A stretch of 64,000 nt of DNA from the NCBI GenBank assembly GCA_002869165.1, contig PKTK01000003.1, positions 84,195-148,194 on the forward strand, in the 5' to 3' direction. The notes under the pieces were generated by a model. The model ran no database searches. It had not been told where the DNA came from and saw only the letters and a program-made list of their open reading frames with translations. Each line of letters opens with the position of its first letter. The first letter of the stretch is position 1. Both the position numbers and the translations under genes were made by a program. Positions 54,926-63,721 of this stretch are shown here, piece by piece. This stretch comes from Candidatus Parcubacteria bacterium (GTDB lineage Bacteria > Patescibacteriota > Patescibacteriia > Patescibacteriales > UBA12075).

Positions 54926-55606
54926 ATGGATACTAGGAAAGAACTTATTCTAAATACAATACTGAAGGAGCATATTAAGACAGGTTTGCCTGTGGCTTCA
55001 AAAATGTTAGTAGAAAAGTATAAATTAGATATTTCTCCAGCAACAGTCCGAAATGAAATGGCTGCATTGGAGCTAGATGATTATATTATTCAACCACACA
55101 CATCTTCAGGTCGCATTCCTACTGAAAGAGCTTATAATTGGATGCTTAATTCTATAAAGACAAAAAGTCCTAATCCATCAGAAATAGATATCATTGAAGA
55201 CGCTTTAAAAAATAAAAACGAAACAGGGTTTAAACAGTTAGCCAAGCACTTATCACAAACTACTGGTAACGCAGTTTTTTGGGCATTTCATAAACACAAC
55301 CTTTATTACACTGGTATTTCAAATTTATTTCAACAACCAGAATTTTCCAGAATTAATGTGATACATGATATTTCTACAGTAATAGACCGGCTTGATGAGA
55401 TTGTGAATTTGGTTATTGATGAAACTGAGCAAGGAGTTCATACGTTAGTGGGCGAGAATAATCCCTTTGGTTCTATTTTTGGAGTTAGCTTTGCTAAATA
55501 TAAATTAAAGGAGAATCTAGGAATGTTCGGTGTGCTTGGTCCTATGCGCATGGATTACCAAAAAGTAATTTCTTTAGTTGATTTTATAAATAAAAGTTTA
55601 AAATAA
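54926..55606 (+). CDS. hrcA: heat-inducible transcription repressor HrcA (compact form)
   Basis: It has an N-terminal winged-helix region (..LPVASKMLVEKYKLDISPATVRNEMAALE..GYI..PHTSSGRIPT) and a C-terminal ..GVLGPMRMDYQKVISLVDFI.. segment. It is only 226 aa long. Confidence 0.88.
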   Translation: MDTRKELILNTILKEHIKTGLPVASKMLVEKYKLDISPATVRNEMAALELDDYIIQPHTSSGRIPTERAYNWMLNSIKTKSPNPSEIDIIEDALKNKNETGFKQLAKHLSQTTGNAVFWAFHKHNLYYTGISNLFQQPEFSRINVIHDISTVIDRLDEIVNLVIDETEQGVHTLVGENNPFGSIFGVSFAKYKLKENLGMFGVLGPMRMDYQKVISLVDFINKSLK

Positions 55607-55612
55607 TTTTTT

Positions 55613-56416
55613 ATGGATATGAAAAGTGCAAAAGTAATAGTTGGAGCATTTATCAAAAACGATAAAGATGAATTATTGCTTTTAAAATCTGAAAAAGGAA
55701 ATAATAAGTATACTTGTCCTAGTGGTCATGTTGAATTCAATGAAAAGCTTGAAGACGCACTAAAAAGAGAAGTAAAAAAAGAAACAGGCTTAAAGATTCA
55801 TGATATTGAGTTTCTCGGTATCGGTGAAGCAGTGAAGAAGGGCAAGGAATTTAAAAAAAATGAAGAGCATCACGTATATATAAATTACTCTGCTAGAGTA
55901 AAAAATGATAAAGTTAAGCATAGCGATGAATCAAGTGGATACAAATGGCTAAAGATCGAAGAATGGAAAAAAAGAGACGATATAGGAGTAGATGTCGTTG
56001 ATATTTTGGATAAATTGAGTGCAGATACTTATGAAAATATGTATAAGAGAGCTCTGGCTGATTATCAAAATCTTTTAAAACAAAACGCCAAAGAAAAACA
56101 AGATTTAGTTAAATATGCCAACGAACAATTTTTGTATGAGTTATTACCGGTTTACGACAATCTAAAAGTTTCTTTGCTTCATATAAATGAAAGTAGCGAT
56201 GTCAATGCTTGGGCAGAAGGAATAAAGTATGTAGTTAAACAATTTTCTCAAGTTTTGGAAGGGATTGGTGTCGAGGAAATAAAGACAATTGGTGAGAAAT
56301 TTAATCACGAAACAATGGAGGCGATGAAAGGCAGAGGGGAGATTGTTAAAAAGGAAGTAAGGCCAGGCTACAAATTAAATGGCAAAGTAATAATTGCCGC
56401 TAAAGTTGAACTATAA
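55613..56416 (+). CDS. grpE: Nudix hydrolase domain fused to GrpE nucleotide-exchange factor core
   Basis: Residues 1 to about 135 carry a Nudix box, GHVEFNEKLEDALKREVKKETGL (GX5EX7REVxKExGL). Residues from about 140 to 267 carry the GrpE pattern: YKRALADYQNLLKQNAKEKQDLVKYANEQFLYELLPVYDNL.., a four-helix bundle and a beta domain ending ..YKLNGKVIIAAKVEL. It is a single uninterrupted ORF. Confidence 0.85.
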   Translation: MDMKSAKVIVGAFIKNDKDELLLLKSEKGNNKYTCPSGHVEFNEKLEDALKREVKKETGLKIHDIEFLGIGEAVKKGKEFKKNEEHHVYINYSARVKNDKVKHSDESSGYKWLKIEEWKKRDDIGVDVVDILDKLSADTYENMYKRALADYQNLLKQNAKEKQDLVKYANEQFLYELLPVYDNLKVSLLHINESSDVNAWAEGIKYVVKQFSQVLEGIGVEEIKTIGEKFNHETMEAMKGRGEIVKKEVRPGYKLNGKVIIAAKVEL

Positions 56417-56483
56417 AATTTTATATAAAAAATTAATTGATCAAGTTATAGTCTTGGATGTCTATAGCTTGTGAGCAAAAAAT

Positions 56484-56918
56484 ATGTCGCTAATAAGATG
56501 GAGTCCATTTTTCGAACCATTCGAGGAAATGGAAAAGGCTTTTGGAGACATGACTCCAAGCATTAGAAATAACCAGTTTGGTTTTGTGCCAGCGGTAGAT
56601 ATGTATGAAGAAAAAGACAATGTAGTAGTGGAGGCTAATTTAGCAGGCATTGATCCGGAAAAAGTAAATGTTTCAATCGAGAATGATGTCTTGTGTATCA
56701 AGGGAGAAAGCGAGAAAAAAAGCGAAGTGGATGACAAGAATTATTATCGCAAAGAAATAAGAAGAGGATCCTTTTATAGATCTGTTACATTGCCAGCCAA
56801 AGTGGATGGTGATAGGGCAAATGCTGTAACAGAGGATGGAGTACTTAAAATAAGTATACCAAAAATAAAAGAATCTAAGCCAAAACAAATTAAAATTAAA
56901 AATAAGAAAAATAAGTAA
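56484..56918 (+). CDS. small heat-shock protein (Hsp20/alpha-crystallin family)
   Basis: It has the alpha-crystallin domain PAVDMYEEKDNVVVEANLAGIDPEKVNVSIENDVLCIKGE..FYRSVTLPAKVD..GVLKISIPK. Confidence 0.9.
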   Translation: MSLIRWSPFFEPFEEMEKAFGDMTPSIRNNQFGFVPAVDMYEEKDNVVVEANLAGIDPEKVNVSIENDVLCIKGESEKKSEVDDKNYYRKEIRRGSFYRSVTLPAKVDGDRANAVTEDGVLKISIPKIKESKPKQIKIKNKKNK

Positions 56919-57013
56919 TTTAATAGCATCATTGTAAGCATCTAGAATATTTAGGTGTCCCCCCTTAGGGGTCTACCTGGAAAAAGCGTTCAGATGGTTA
57001 ATGTCATAACATT

Positions 57014-57904
57014 ATGGGCAGTTTAAACATTTCAGTCAACAAAGAGGAAGAGTCAAAAAAACCTGCCAAAAAAAGAGGTAGACCAAGAAAAGCTACTATA
57101 AAAACAGTCGCCAAAAGTGCTGAGATTAAGACTAGTGTAGCTGAAGCTCGCAAGAAATCAAAGACGGTTGATAAACAAAAAGATTCAAAAAAGAATCCCA
57201 AAAAAGAGAGAAATATTTTGACTACTATTATTTCAGCGGTCGTTGTTTCTTTGATAGTCGGGGGAGTGATTTATGCTTGGAAGACTGATGAAGGAAAAAA
57301 GAAGATTGATCAATTAAGAAGCGATGCCAAAGCTGTTAGAGTTGGTTTTGAACAAGATATTGATAGATTGAAGAATAAGCTAACTGGCATAGAAACAGAA
57401 AATGAAGAATTAAAAAATACCACCAAAGAACTTGAAGAACAGGTTAAGTTATTAAATGGGGCAAAAAAGGATTTTGTAGATCCTGAATTGGGAATTAGCT
57501 TTGACTATCCTGCGACCTTTGGTGATGTAGTTCTTGAAATGGTAGATGGCAAAACTGGTAAGAAATTCAAAGGCACATTTTCCAAAAATGAAAAATTAGT
57601 TTTTGGGGGAGTGAGTAGTGATTATGAGCCAATGGCGACCACTACTATCGTTGAATTTTTAGAAACTCAAGGTTTTTATGAGAGAAGAGATAATTACTAT
57701 TTTATTGGTATTGGGGAAGACAGAGAATCTGAGGATATAGAAATGATTCCAAGTAAAGGAATTGAATATGATGATAATGTTGCCTTAATCATCTACAAGA
57801 ACAGTTTTGTTCTTGATGAGGGCGCTGATGGTTTACCAGTAAATATTGGTGAAAATATTGGCGCACTAGTTAATCTAGAAGGTGATAATTTCTTTGGTCT
57901 GTGA
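57014..57904 (+). CDS. hypothetical membrane-anchored protein with N-terminal AT-hook-like basic tail and coiled coil
   Basis: KKPAKKRGRPRKA contains the RGRP core. A single TM helix (ILTTIISAVVVSLIVGGVIYAW) follows, then a coiled coil (..IDRLKNKLTGIETENEELKNTTKELEEQVKLL) and a C-terminal domain of about 150 aa. Confidence 0.6.
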   Translation: MGSLNISVNKEEESKKPAKKRGRPRKATIKTVAKSAEIKTSVAEARKKSKTVDKQKDSKKNPKKERNILTTIISAVVVSLIVGGVIYAWKTDEGKKKIDQLRSDAKAVRVGFEQDIDRLKNKLTGIETENEELKNTTKELEEQVKLLNGAKKDFVDPELGISFDYPATFGDVVLEMVDGKTGKKFKGTFSKNEKLVFGGVSSDYEPMATTTIVEFLETQGFYERRDNYYFIGIGEDRESEDIEMIPSKGIEYDDNVALIIYKNSFVLDEGADGLPVNIGENIGALVNLEGDNFFGL

Positions 57905-58020
57905 TTTCTTGATCAAGATTTGGGAATATTACCAATGGATTCATTTGAAAAAATATTAAAAAGTATAAAAGTAACTAAACAATAAGTTATTTACACAAAT
58001 AATTAATTTAATAAAATATT

Positions 58021-59925
58021 ATGGGAAAAATATTAGGAATTGATCTAGGTACCACCAATTCAGCTATGGCTATTATGGAAGGTGGTAAACCCAAGATACT
58101 TGAAAATGCAGAAGGAAACAGAACAACTCCTTCAATTGTGGCGATTTCTAAAAATGGAGAAAGATTGGTTGGGCAAAGTGCCAAAAGACAATCTGTAACC
58201 AATCCTGAAAATACAGTTTATGCTGTTAAGAGATTGATCGGTAGAAAATTTGAAGACGCCGAAGTGCAAAAAGATGTAAAAACATCACCTTACAAAATAA
58301 TTAAATCAGATACTGCTGTAAAGGTATCTATGAATGGTAAGGATTATTCTCCAGAAGAAATTTCTGCCATGATCTTATCAAAGTTAAAAGCAGACGCAGA
58401 AGCTAAAATTGGTGAAAAGATTACCGAAGCTGTTATTACCGTGCCTGCCTACTTTGATGATTCACAAAGGCAAGCTACCAAGGATGCTGGTAAGATTGCT
58501 GGGCTTGAAGTAAAAAGAATTGTAAACGAACCAACCGCTGCCGCTTTAGCATATGGATTTGAAAAGAAAAAAGGCCAGCAGATCGCTGTTTATGATCTTG
58601 GTGGTGGTACTTTTGATATTTCAATTTTGGACGTTTCAGAAGATACTGTAGAAGTTAAATCTACTAACGGAGATACTCATTTAGGTGGTGAAGATTTTGA
58701 TAAAGCAATTATTAATTGGATTTTGGATGAGTTTAAAAAAGATAATGGAATTGATTTATCTCATGATCCATTGGCTTTACAAAGAATTAAAGAAGCAGCT
58801 GAAAAAGCTAAGATTGAGCTTTCTACTACGATGGAATCTGAGATCAATCAGCCATTTATAACAACTGATGAAACTGGGCCAAAACATATGGTTATGAAAT
58901 TAACTAGAGCCAAGCTTGAAGACTTGGTCGGTGATTTAGTGGAAAAGACTTTAAAACCATGTAAAGATGCTTTGGCTGATGCCGGGTTAAGTACTTCTGA
59001 TATTGAAGAAGTTATTATGGTAGGTGGTATGACCAGGATGCCACTTGTCCAAGAGAAAGTTAAGAAATTTTTTGACAAAGAACCACACTTAGGAGTAAAT
59101 CCTGATGAGGTGGTGGCTAATGGAGCTGCAGTACAGGCAGGTGTTTTACAGGGCGATGTTAAGGATGTTTTATTGCTTGATGTTACTCCATTGACATTGG
59201 GAATTGAAACTCTTGGTGGAGTTGCTACTCCTTTGATCGATAGAAATACAACTATTCCAACTTCAAAATCACAAATATTTTCAACAGCAGCTGATAACCA
59301 ACCTAGTGTAGAGATACATGTTTTACAGGGAGAAAGATCAATGGCTAGTGATAACAAGACTTTAGGCCGTTTTATTCTAGATGGTTTACCACCAGCACCA
59401 AGAGGCGTACCACAAGTTGAAGTTTCTTTTGATCTTGATTCAAACGGAATTCTAAATGTAAAAGCACTTGACAAAGCTAGTGGAAAAGAACAGAAAATTA
59501 CGATTACAGCTAGCTCATCTCTTTCCGAAGATGAAGTTGAAAAGATGAAAAAAGAAGCTGAGATGCATGCTGAAGAAGATAAGAAGAAAAAAGAAAAGAT
59601 TGAAGTGGTTAATAATGCTGATTCTGTAATTTTTCAAACTGAAAAACTTATCAAAGATACTGGTGATAAAATGAAAGACGAAGACAAAAAAGAACTAGAA
59701 GAAAAAATTACTGCCTTGAAAAAGGCCAAAGAAGCTGATGATTTAGATGATATGAAAAAGAAAATGGAAGAGATGAATGAAGTTGCCCAAAGAATAGGTT
59801 CTGCTATGTATCAACAACAAGCTCAAGCAGGAGGAGCTGCTCCAGGTGCTGAAGCTTCAGAGCAAGCTGAGGAGAAGAAGAATGATGATGAGGTGGTAGA
59901 AGGTGAAGTGGAAGAAAATAAATAA
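58021..59925 (+). CDS. dnaK: molecular chaperone DnaK (Hsp70)
   Basis: It has [17 protein letters not shown] and VGGMTRMP, and is full length at 634 aa with an acidic C-terminus. Confidence 0.98.
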   Translation: MGKILGIDLGTTNSAMAIMEGGKPKILENAEGNRTTPSIVAISKNGERLVGQSAKRQSVTNPENTVYAVKRLIGRKFEDAEVQKDVKTSPYKIIKSDTAVKVSMNGKDYSPEEISAMILSKLKADAEAKIGEKITEAVITVPAYFDDSQRQATKDAGKIAGLEVKRIVNEPTAAALAYGFEKKKGQQIAVYDLGGGTFDISILDVSEDTVEVKSTNGDTHLGGEDFDKAIINWILDEFKKDNGIDLSHDPLALQRIKEAAEKAKIELSTTMESEINQPFITTDETGPKHMVMKLTRAKLEDLVGDLVEKTLKPCKDALADAGLSTSDIEEVIMVGGMTRMPLVQEKVKKFFDKEPHLGVNPDEVVANGAAVQAGVLQGDVKDVLLLDVTPLTLGIETLGGVATPLIDRNTTIPTSKSQIFSTAADNQPSVEIHVLQGERSMASDNKTLGRFILDGLPPAPRGVPQVEVSFDLDSNGILNVKALDKASGKEQKITITASSSLSEDEVEKMKKEAEMHAEEDKKKKEKIEVVNNADSVIFQTEKLIKDTGDKMKDEDKKELEEKITALKKAKEADDLDDMKKKMEEMNEVAQRIGSAMYQQQAQAGGAAPGAEASEQAEEKKNDDEVVEGEVEENK

Positions 59926-59942
59926 ATTAAAATAAATTCTTA

Positions 59943-59968
59943 GTCTACTGATTGTTAAATCAGTAGAC
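59943..59968 (+). other. 10-bp perfect hairpin directly after dnaK (no T-run)
   Basis: GTCTACTGAT-TGTTAA-ATCAGTAGAC lies 18 nt after the dnaK stop and about 30 nt upstream of a strong AAGGAGG. Confidence 0.5.
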
Positions 59969-60009
59969 ACTAGAGTTCATTTTTACTAACAAAACCAAAG
60001 GAGGAAAAT

Positions 60010-60261
60010 GTGATTCAAAGCATTGAACAATCTGATTTAATTAAAGGGAAAAAATTTATCGTTGAGCTTGGAAATAATCGGCAATGTGTACTTATTAAAG
60101 ACAACATTATTTTGCCAGGACAGGATAGTCCAGCTAAGTCAAAACTTGAATTAAAACATTGCTTCGTCGGGAAACCCATGATCTTTGTCTATACCAATCT
60201 TGACGGAGAAATCTCATATCCAGAGTTAGGTTCAGTGGTCCAGTCTATCAGGGCTTTGTGA
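60010..60261 (+). CDS. hypothetical protein (83 aa, GTG start)
   Basis: AAGGAGG lies 6 nt upstream of the GTG at 60010. I recognised no family. It sits between dnaK and dnaJ. Confidence 0.5.
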   Translation: MIQSIEQSDLIKGKKFIVELGNNRQCVLIKDNIILPGQDSPAKSKLELKHCFVGKPMIFVYTNLDGEISYPELGSVVQSIRAL

Positions 60262-60326
60262 TCAAAGTGTGGGAGACTTGTTTCCCCCACAATTATTTTA
60301 AAATTATTAATTTAACATATAAAAAT

Positions 60327-60617
60327 ATGACAAATCAAAATAATCAACCACAAAAAAAGGAAATTAAAATCGCTGACAATATTCCCGGAGCAGAATACTC
60401 AAATGCCATGCAGGTAAATCATAATAAAGATGAATTTCAACTTGTGTTTTTAAATATTTTTGGTGGTTCTGGAAGAGTTGCCGGAAAGATTGTTACTAGC
60501 CCAGGTCATTACAAAAGAATGATTATGGCCATGCAGGATAATCTGAATAAATACGAAGACAACTTTGGTGAAATAAAAGAAGCTAGTGCTCCGGAGAAGG
60601 AGATTGGATTTAAATAA
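60327..60617 (+). CDS. DUF3467-family protein
   Basis: The sequence from ATG 60327 (MTNQNNQPQKKEIKI..YSNAMQVNHNKDEFQLVFLNI..GKIVTSPGHYKRMIMAMQDNLNKYEDNFGEI) resembles the DUF3467 pattern as I recall it. The track start at 60258 is a GTG with a poor N-terminus. Confidence 0.6.
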   Translation: MTNQNNQPQKKEIKIADNIPGAEYSNAMQVNHNKDEFQLVFLNIFGGSGRVAGKIVTSPGHYKRMIMAMQDNLNKYEDNFGEIKEASAPEKEIGFK

Positions 60618-60717
60618 TTATTGCAAAATAATAAATTCACAAATACTAATTAAAACAGAATGTGAATAATAGATTTTTTGTGAATTTGTGCTTTGATTTA
60701 GTGAATTTGTAATTCAT

Positions 60718-61803
60718 ATGGGAAAAGATTATTACAATATATTAGGAGTGTCTAAAAGCGCTAGCCAAGATGAGATTAAAAAAGCTTTTCGAAAAAAGGC
60801 TCATGAATATCATCCAGACAAAGCGAGCGGAGATGAGGCTAAGTTTAAGGAGGTAAACGAAGCTTACCAGGTTATTGGAGACTCTAAAAAAAGAAGTCAA
60901 TACGATCAATATGGTTCCAGCTTTGAGGATATGCAAAGAAATGGTGGCTTTGGTGGCTTTGGCGGTTTTAGCGGTGGTCAAGGAGGAGTTCATGTTGATA
61001 TGGATGATCTTGGTGATCTTTTTGGTGGTCTTGGTGATATGTTTGGTTTTGGTGGAGGAAGCACTAGAACTAGTACAAGATCAAGAAAAGCAAATGATGT
61101 TAGAGTCGCTATTGAAATTGATTTTTTAGAAGCGGTAAAAGGAGTTGAAAAGGAATTGAAATTCAAGAAAAAAATAAAGTGTGAGCATTGTAACGGCAAT
61201 ATGGCAGAACCAGGTTCAAAGATTTCCAACTGTAATAAATGTAATGGAACAGGAAGGGTGACCAAAATACAAAGAACGATATTGGGGAATATGCAAATGC
61301 AAGCAACCTGTGATGATTGTAATGGCGAAGGAAAGACGTACGAACAAAAGTGTAGCAAATGTCATGGCGACGGAGTAGTGGAAGACTTGTTTAAGTTAAA
61401 AGTCAAAATTCCGGCAGGTATTGATGATGGCGAAACTATTCGTATCAGAGAAAAAGGTGAAGCTGGTGTAGGCGGGGCTAAGGACGGAGATTTATTTTTG
61501 CTTATTAGAGTTAGACCCGATAAGCGATGGGTACGACAAGATTATGATATATTAACTGATTATAGTTTGAAGTTTTCTCAAGCAGCTCTGGGTGATAAAG
61601 TTAAGATTGAAACTGTTGATGGTGAGGTAAGTCTTAAGATTCCAGCTGGAACTCAAGCAGGAACCAGGTTCAAATTGCGAGGCAAGGGAATAAATAATCT
61701 TCATGGTGGACCAAAAGGGGATCATTATGTTAAAGTAAAGGTAGAAGTCCCTAAATCTCTAAACAGAAAACAGAAGAAAATTTTAGAGGACCTAGGTTTA
61801 TAA
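60718..61803 (+). CDS. dnaJ: molecular chaperone DnaJ (type I Hsp40)
   Basis: It has a J-domain with the HPD motif (YHPDK), a G/F-rich linker, four CxxCxGxG zinc motifs and the C-terminal substrate domains. Confidence 0.97.
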   Translation: MGKDYYNILGVSKSASQDEIKKAFRKKAHEYHPDKASGDEAKFKEVNEAYQVIGDSKKRSQYDQYGSSFEDMQRNGGFGGFGGFSGGQGGVHVDMDDLGDLFGGLGDMFGFGGGSTRTSTRSRKANDVRVAIEIDFLEAVKGVEKELKFKKKIKCEHCNGNMAEPGSKISNCNKCNGTGRVTKIQRTILGNMQMQATCDDCNGEGKTYEQKCSKCHGDGVVEDLFKLKVKIPAGIDDGETIRIREKGEAGVGGAKDGDLFLLIRVRPDKRWVRQDYDILTDYSLKFSQAALGDKVKIETVDGEVSLKIPAGTQAGTRFKLRGKGINNLHGGPKGDHYVKVKVEVPKSLNRKQKKILEDLGL

Positions 61804-61825
61804 TTTTGTTAATTAAAAATATCGC

Positions 61826-62944
61826 ATGCAAAAAAATATAATAAAAATTAGCTTTTTAGCCATTACTCTAGCTTTTGTTTTGGGTAGTGGTTTTTTTATG
61901 GGTAGTTTTTACCCCAAACAATTAATAGCAGAAAACCTGTCTCTTGATGAACAAGAGGCAACTGTCAGAGCAATAGAAAAAACCATTCCAGCAGTTGTTT
62001 CTATTTTGGTATACAATGAAGAAGACATTGTTTATTACAATCTTGATACTGGCGGACAAACTGCAACTAAAGAAAATCGTCTAAAGGGAAGAGGAACGGG
62101 TTTTATTATATCTTCTGAAGGCTATATTTTAACAAATAAACATGTAGTGAGTTTAGCAGATAAAAGCGGCTCTTATCGAATAGTATTGAATTCTGGTAAA
62201 CAATATTACGCTCAGTTGATAGGCAAGGATCCAATAAATGATTTAGCAGTATTAAAAATATTTGATCAAAATTTACCTTATATTGAATTGGGAGATTCTT
62301 CAAGTTTAAAAGTTGGTTATTCAGTGATTGCGATTGGTAATGCTCTGGGAGTTTATAATAATACCGTAACCAAAGGTATAGTCAGTGGACTTGGGAGAAG
62401 TATTTTGGCTAGTGATGCTAATGGTACTGTTGAGTATATCGATAACACAATTCAGACTGATGCGGAAATTAATCTTGGTAATTCAGGAGGACCTTTGGTT
62501 GATTTAAATGGAAAAGTAGTAGGAGTAAATGTAGCTACAGACGAATCAGGTTCTTCAATCGGTTTTGCTATTCCAATAAATGATGCTAGGCCTGTGATAA
62601 ATAGTATAATAGAGTCGGGTAGGATTATCAGACCTCGTTTGGGTTTACAGTATATTATGCTTACTCCAGAAATTGCGCTTGATAACAAATTAAACAAAAC
62701 AGAAGGTGCTTGGATAAGTACAGGAAACTCGGATTCAAATCCAATAGTTGAGGGTGGTCCAGCTGATTTAGCGGGCTTGGAACCAGGAGATATTGTTTTT
62801 GAGATAAATGCTATAAAAGTGCAAGGAACAGATACATTATTGTCAATAATTCAACGTTATAAACCAGGAGATAAGATTGGAATGAAAGTTTTACGTGGAG
62901 AAAGAGTATTAATATTAGTAGCGGAATTAGACGAATTTAAATAA
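61826..62944 (+). CDS. htrA: HtrA/DegP-family serine protease with one PDZ domain
   Basis: An N-terminal anchor is followed by the catalytic triad contexts TNKHV, NDLAVLKI and GNSGGPL, and a C-terminal PDZ domain (GGPADLAGLEPGDIV). Confidence 0.92.
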   Translation: MQKNIIKISFLAITLAFVLGSGFFMGSFYPKQLIAENLSLDEQEATVRAIEKTIPAVVSILVYNEEDIVYYNLDTGGQTATKENRLKGRGTGFIISSEGYILTNKHVVSLADKSGSYRIVLNSGKQYYAQLIGKDPINDLAVLKIFDQNLPYIELGDSSSLKVGYSVIAIGNALGVYNNTVTKGIVSGLGRSILASDANGTVEYIDNTIQTDAEINLGNSGGPLVDLNGKVVGVNVATDESGSSIGFAIPINDARPVINSIIESGRIIRPRLGLQYIMLTPEIALDNKLNKTEGAWISTGNSDSNPIVEGGPADLAGLEPGDIVFEINAIKVQGTDTLLSIIQRYKPGDKIGMKVLRGERVLILVAELDEFK

Positions 62945-62970
62945 TTTGGCTAATATTAAAATTAAAATAT

Positions 62971-63003
62971 AAAAAAATAACTAAGTTTGCTAGTTATTTT
63001 TTT
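62971..63003. terminator. intrinsic terminator after htrA (A-run/hairpin/T-run, potentially bidirectional)
   Basis: AAAAAA-ATAACTA-AGTTTGC-TAGTTAT-TTTTTTT. Confidence 0.65.
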
Positions 63004-63036
63004 AAAGTTAGCGATTTTTTTATCCACAATTATTAC

Positions 63037-63090
63037 TTGAAAAATATTCACTTAGTATTATAATAGAAGATATGATATTATAATACTAAG
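63037..63090 (+). promoter_or_regulatory. promoter-like hexamers overlapped by a 14-bp perfect inverted repeat (candidate operator) upstream of the ABC ATPase gene
   Basis: TTGAAA (63037-63042), a 16-nt spacer, then TATAAT (63059-63064). The inverted repeat is CTTAGTATTATAAT (63051-63064) and ATTATAATACTAAG (63077-63090), separated by 12 nt. Confidence 0.45.
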
Positions 63091-63145
63091 GGGGATAGCT
63101 AGGTAGCTATTCTTTTTCGTTTTTATATAAATTAAAATTGTAAAT

Positions 63146-63721
63146 ATGATCGAGATTAAAAATTTATCAAAACGATTTGCTTCCACAGCAGTATTGGAAG
63201 ATTTGAATTTGGAGGTAAAAAAAGGAGAAATCCTTGGTTTTTTAGGTCCGAATGGAGCTGGAAAAACCACTACCATGAAAATAATCACTAGTTTTTGGGC
63301 TCCCAGCGGCGGTAGTGTTAAGGTAGATGGTATTGATGTAACAGAGGATTCACAAAAGAGCCGAGCCAAAATTGGTTATTTACCAGAAACTGTCCCGCTA
63401 TACGAAGATATGAGAGTTTATGAATATTTGAAGTTTATTGCTGAAGTTAGAGGAATAGAAAAAGACAGAATCAAAAAGAGAATAAAAGAAGTTGCACATG
63501 ATTGCGGTTTATCTTCAGTTATTAGAAAGCCTATTGATGAATTGTCAAAGGGATATAGACAAAGAGTAGGTCTAGCTCAAGCAATAATGCACGAACCCGA
63601 AATTCTTATTTTGGATGAACCAACTACAGGACTTGATCCAAATCAAATTTCTGAAATCAGAGAACTTATTAAAAAAATCGGAAAGGAAAAAACGGTTATT
63701 TTTTCAACCCATATTTTGTAA
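63146..63721 (+). CDS. ABC transporter ATP-binding protein (ABC-2/GldA-like), ends at in-frame TAA 63719-63721
   Basis: It has Walker A GPNGAGKTT, the Q-loop region, the signature LSKGYRQR, Walker B ILILDEPTTGLD and the H-loop FSTHIL, followed by TAA. Confidence 0.88.
   Translation: MIEIKNLSKRFASTAVLEDLNLEVKKGEILGFLGPNGAGKTTTMKIITSFWAPSGGSVKVDGIDVTEDSQKSRAKIGYLPETVPLYEDMRVYEYLKFIAEVRGIEKDRIKKRIKEVAHDCGLSSVIRKPIDELSKGYRQRVGLAQAIMHEPEILILDEPTTGLDPNQISEIRELIKKIGKEKTVIFSTHIL

Noticed and set aside
58848-59474. 208-aa antisense ORF inside dnaK, and many similar 60-130-aa antisense ORFs in the track (for example 12775-13209, 40029-40370, 47499-47879 and 60990-61358).
   Set aside because: Each lies opposite a gene with unambiguous family motifs. 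Their translations are low-complexity with no recognisable motifs. They are typical shadow ORFs.
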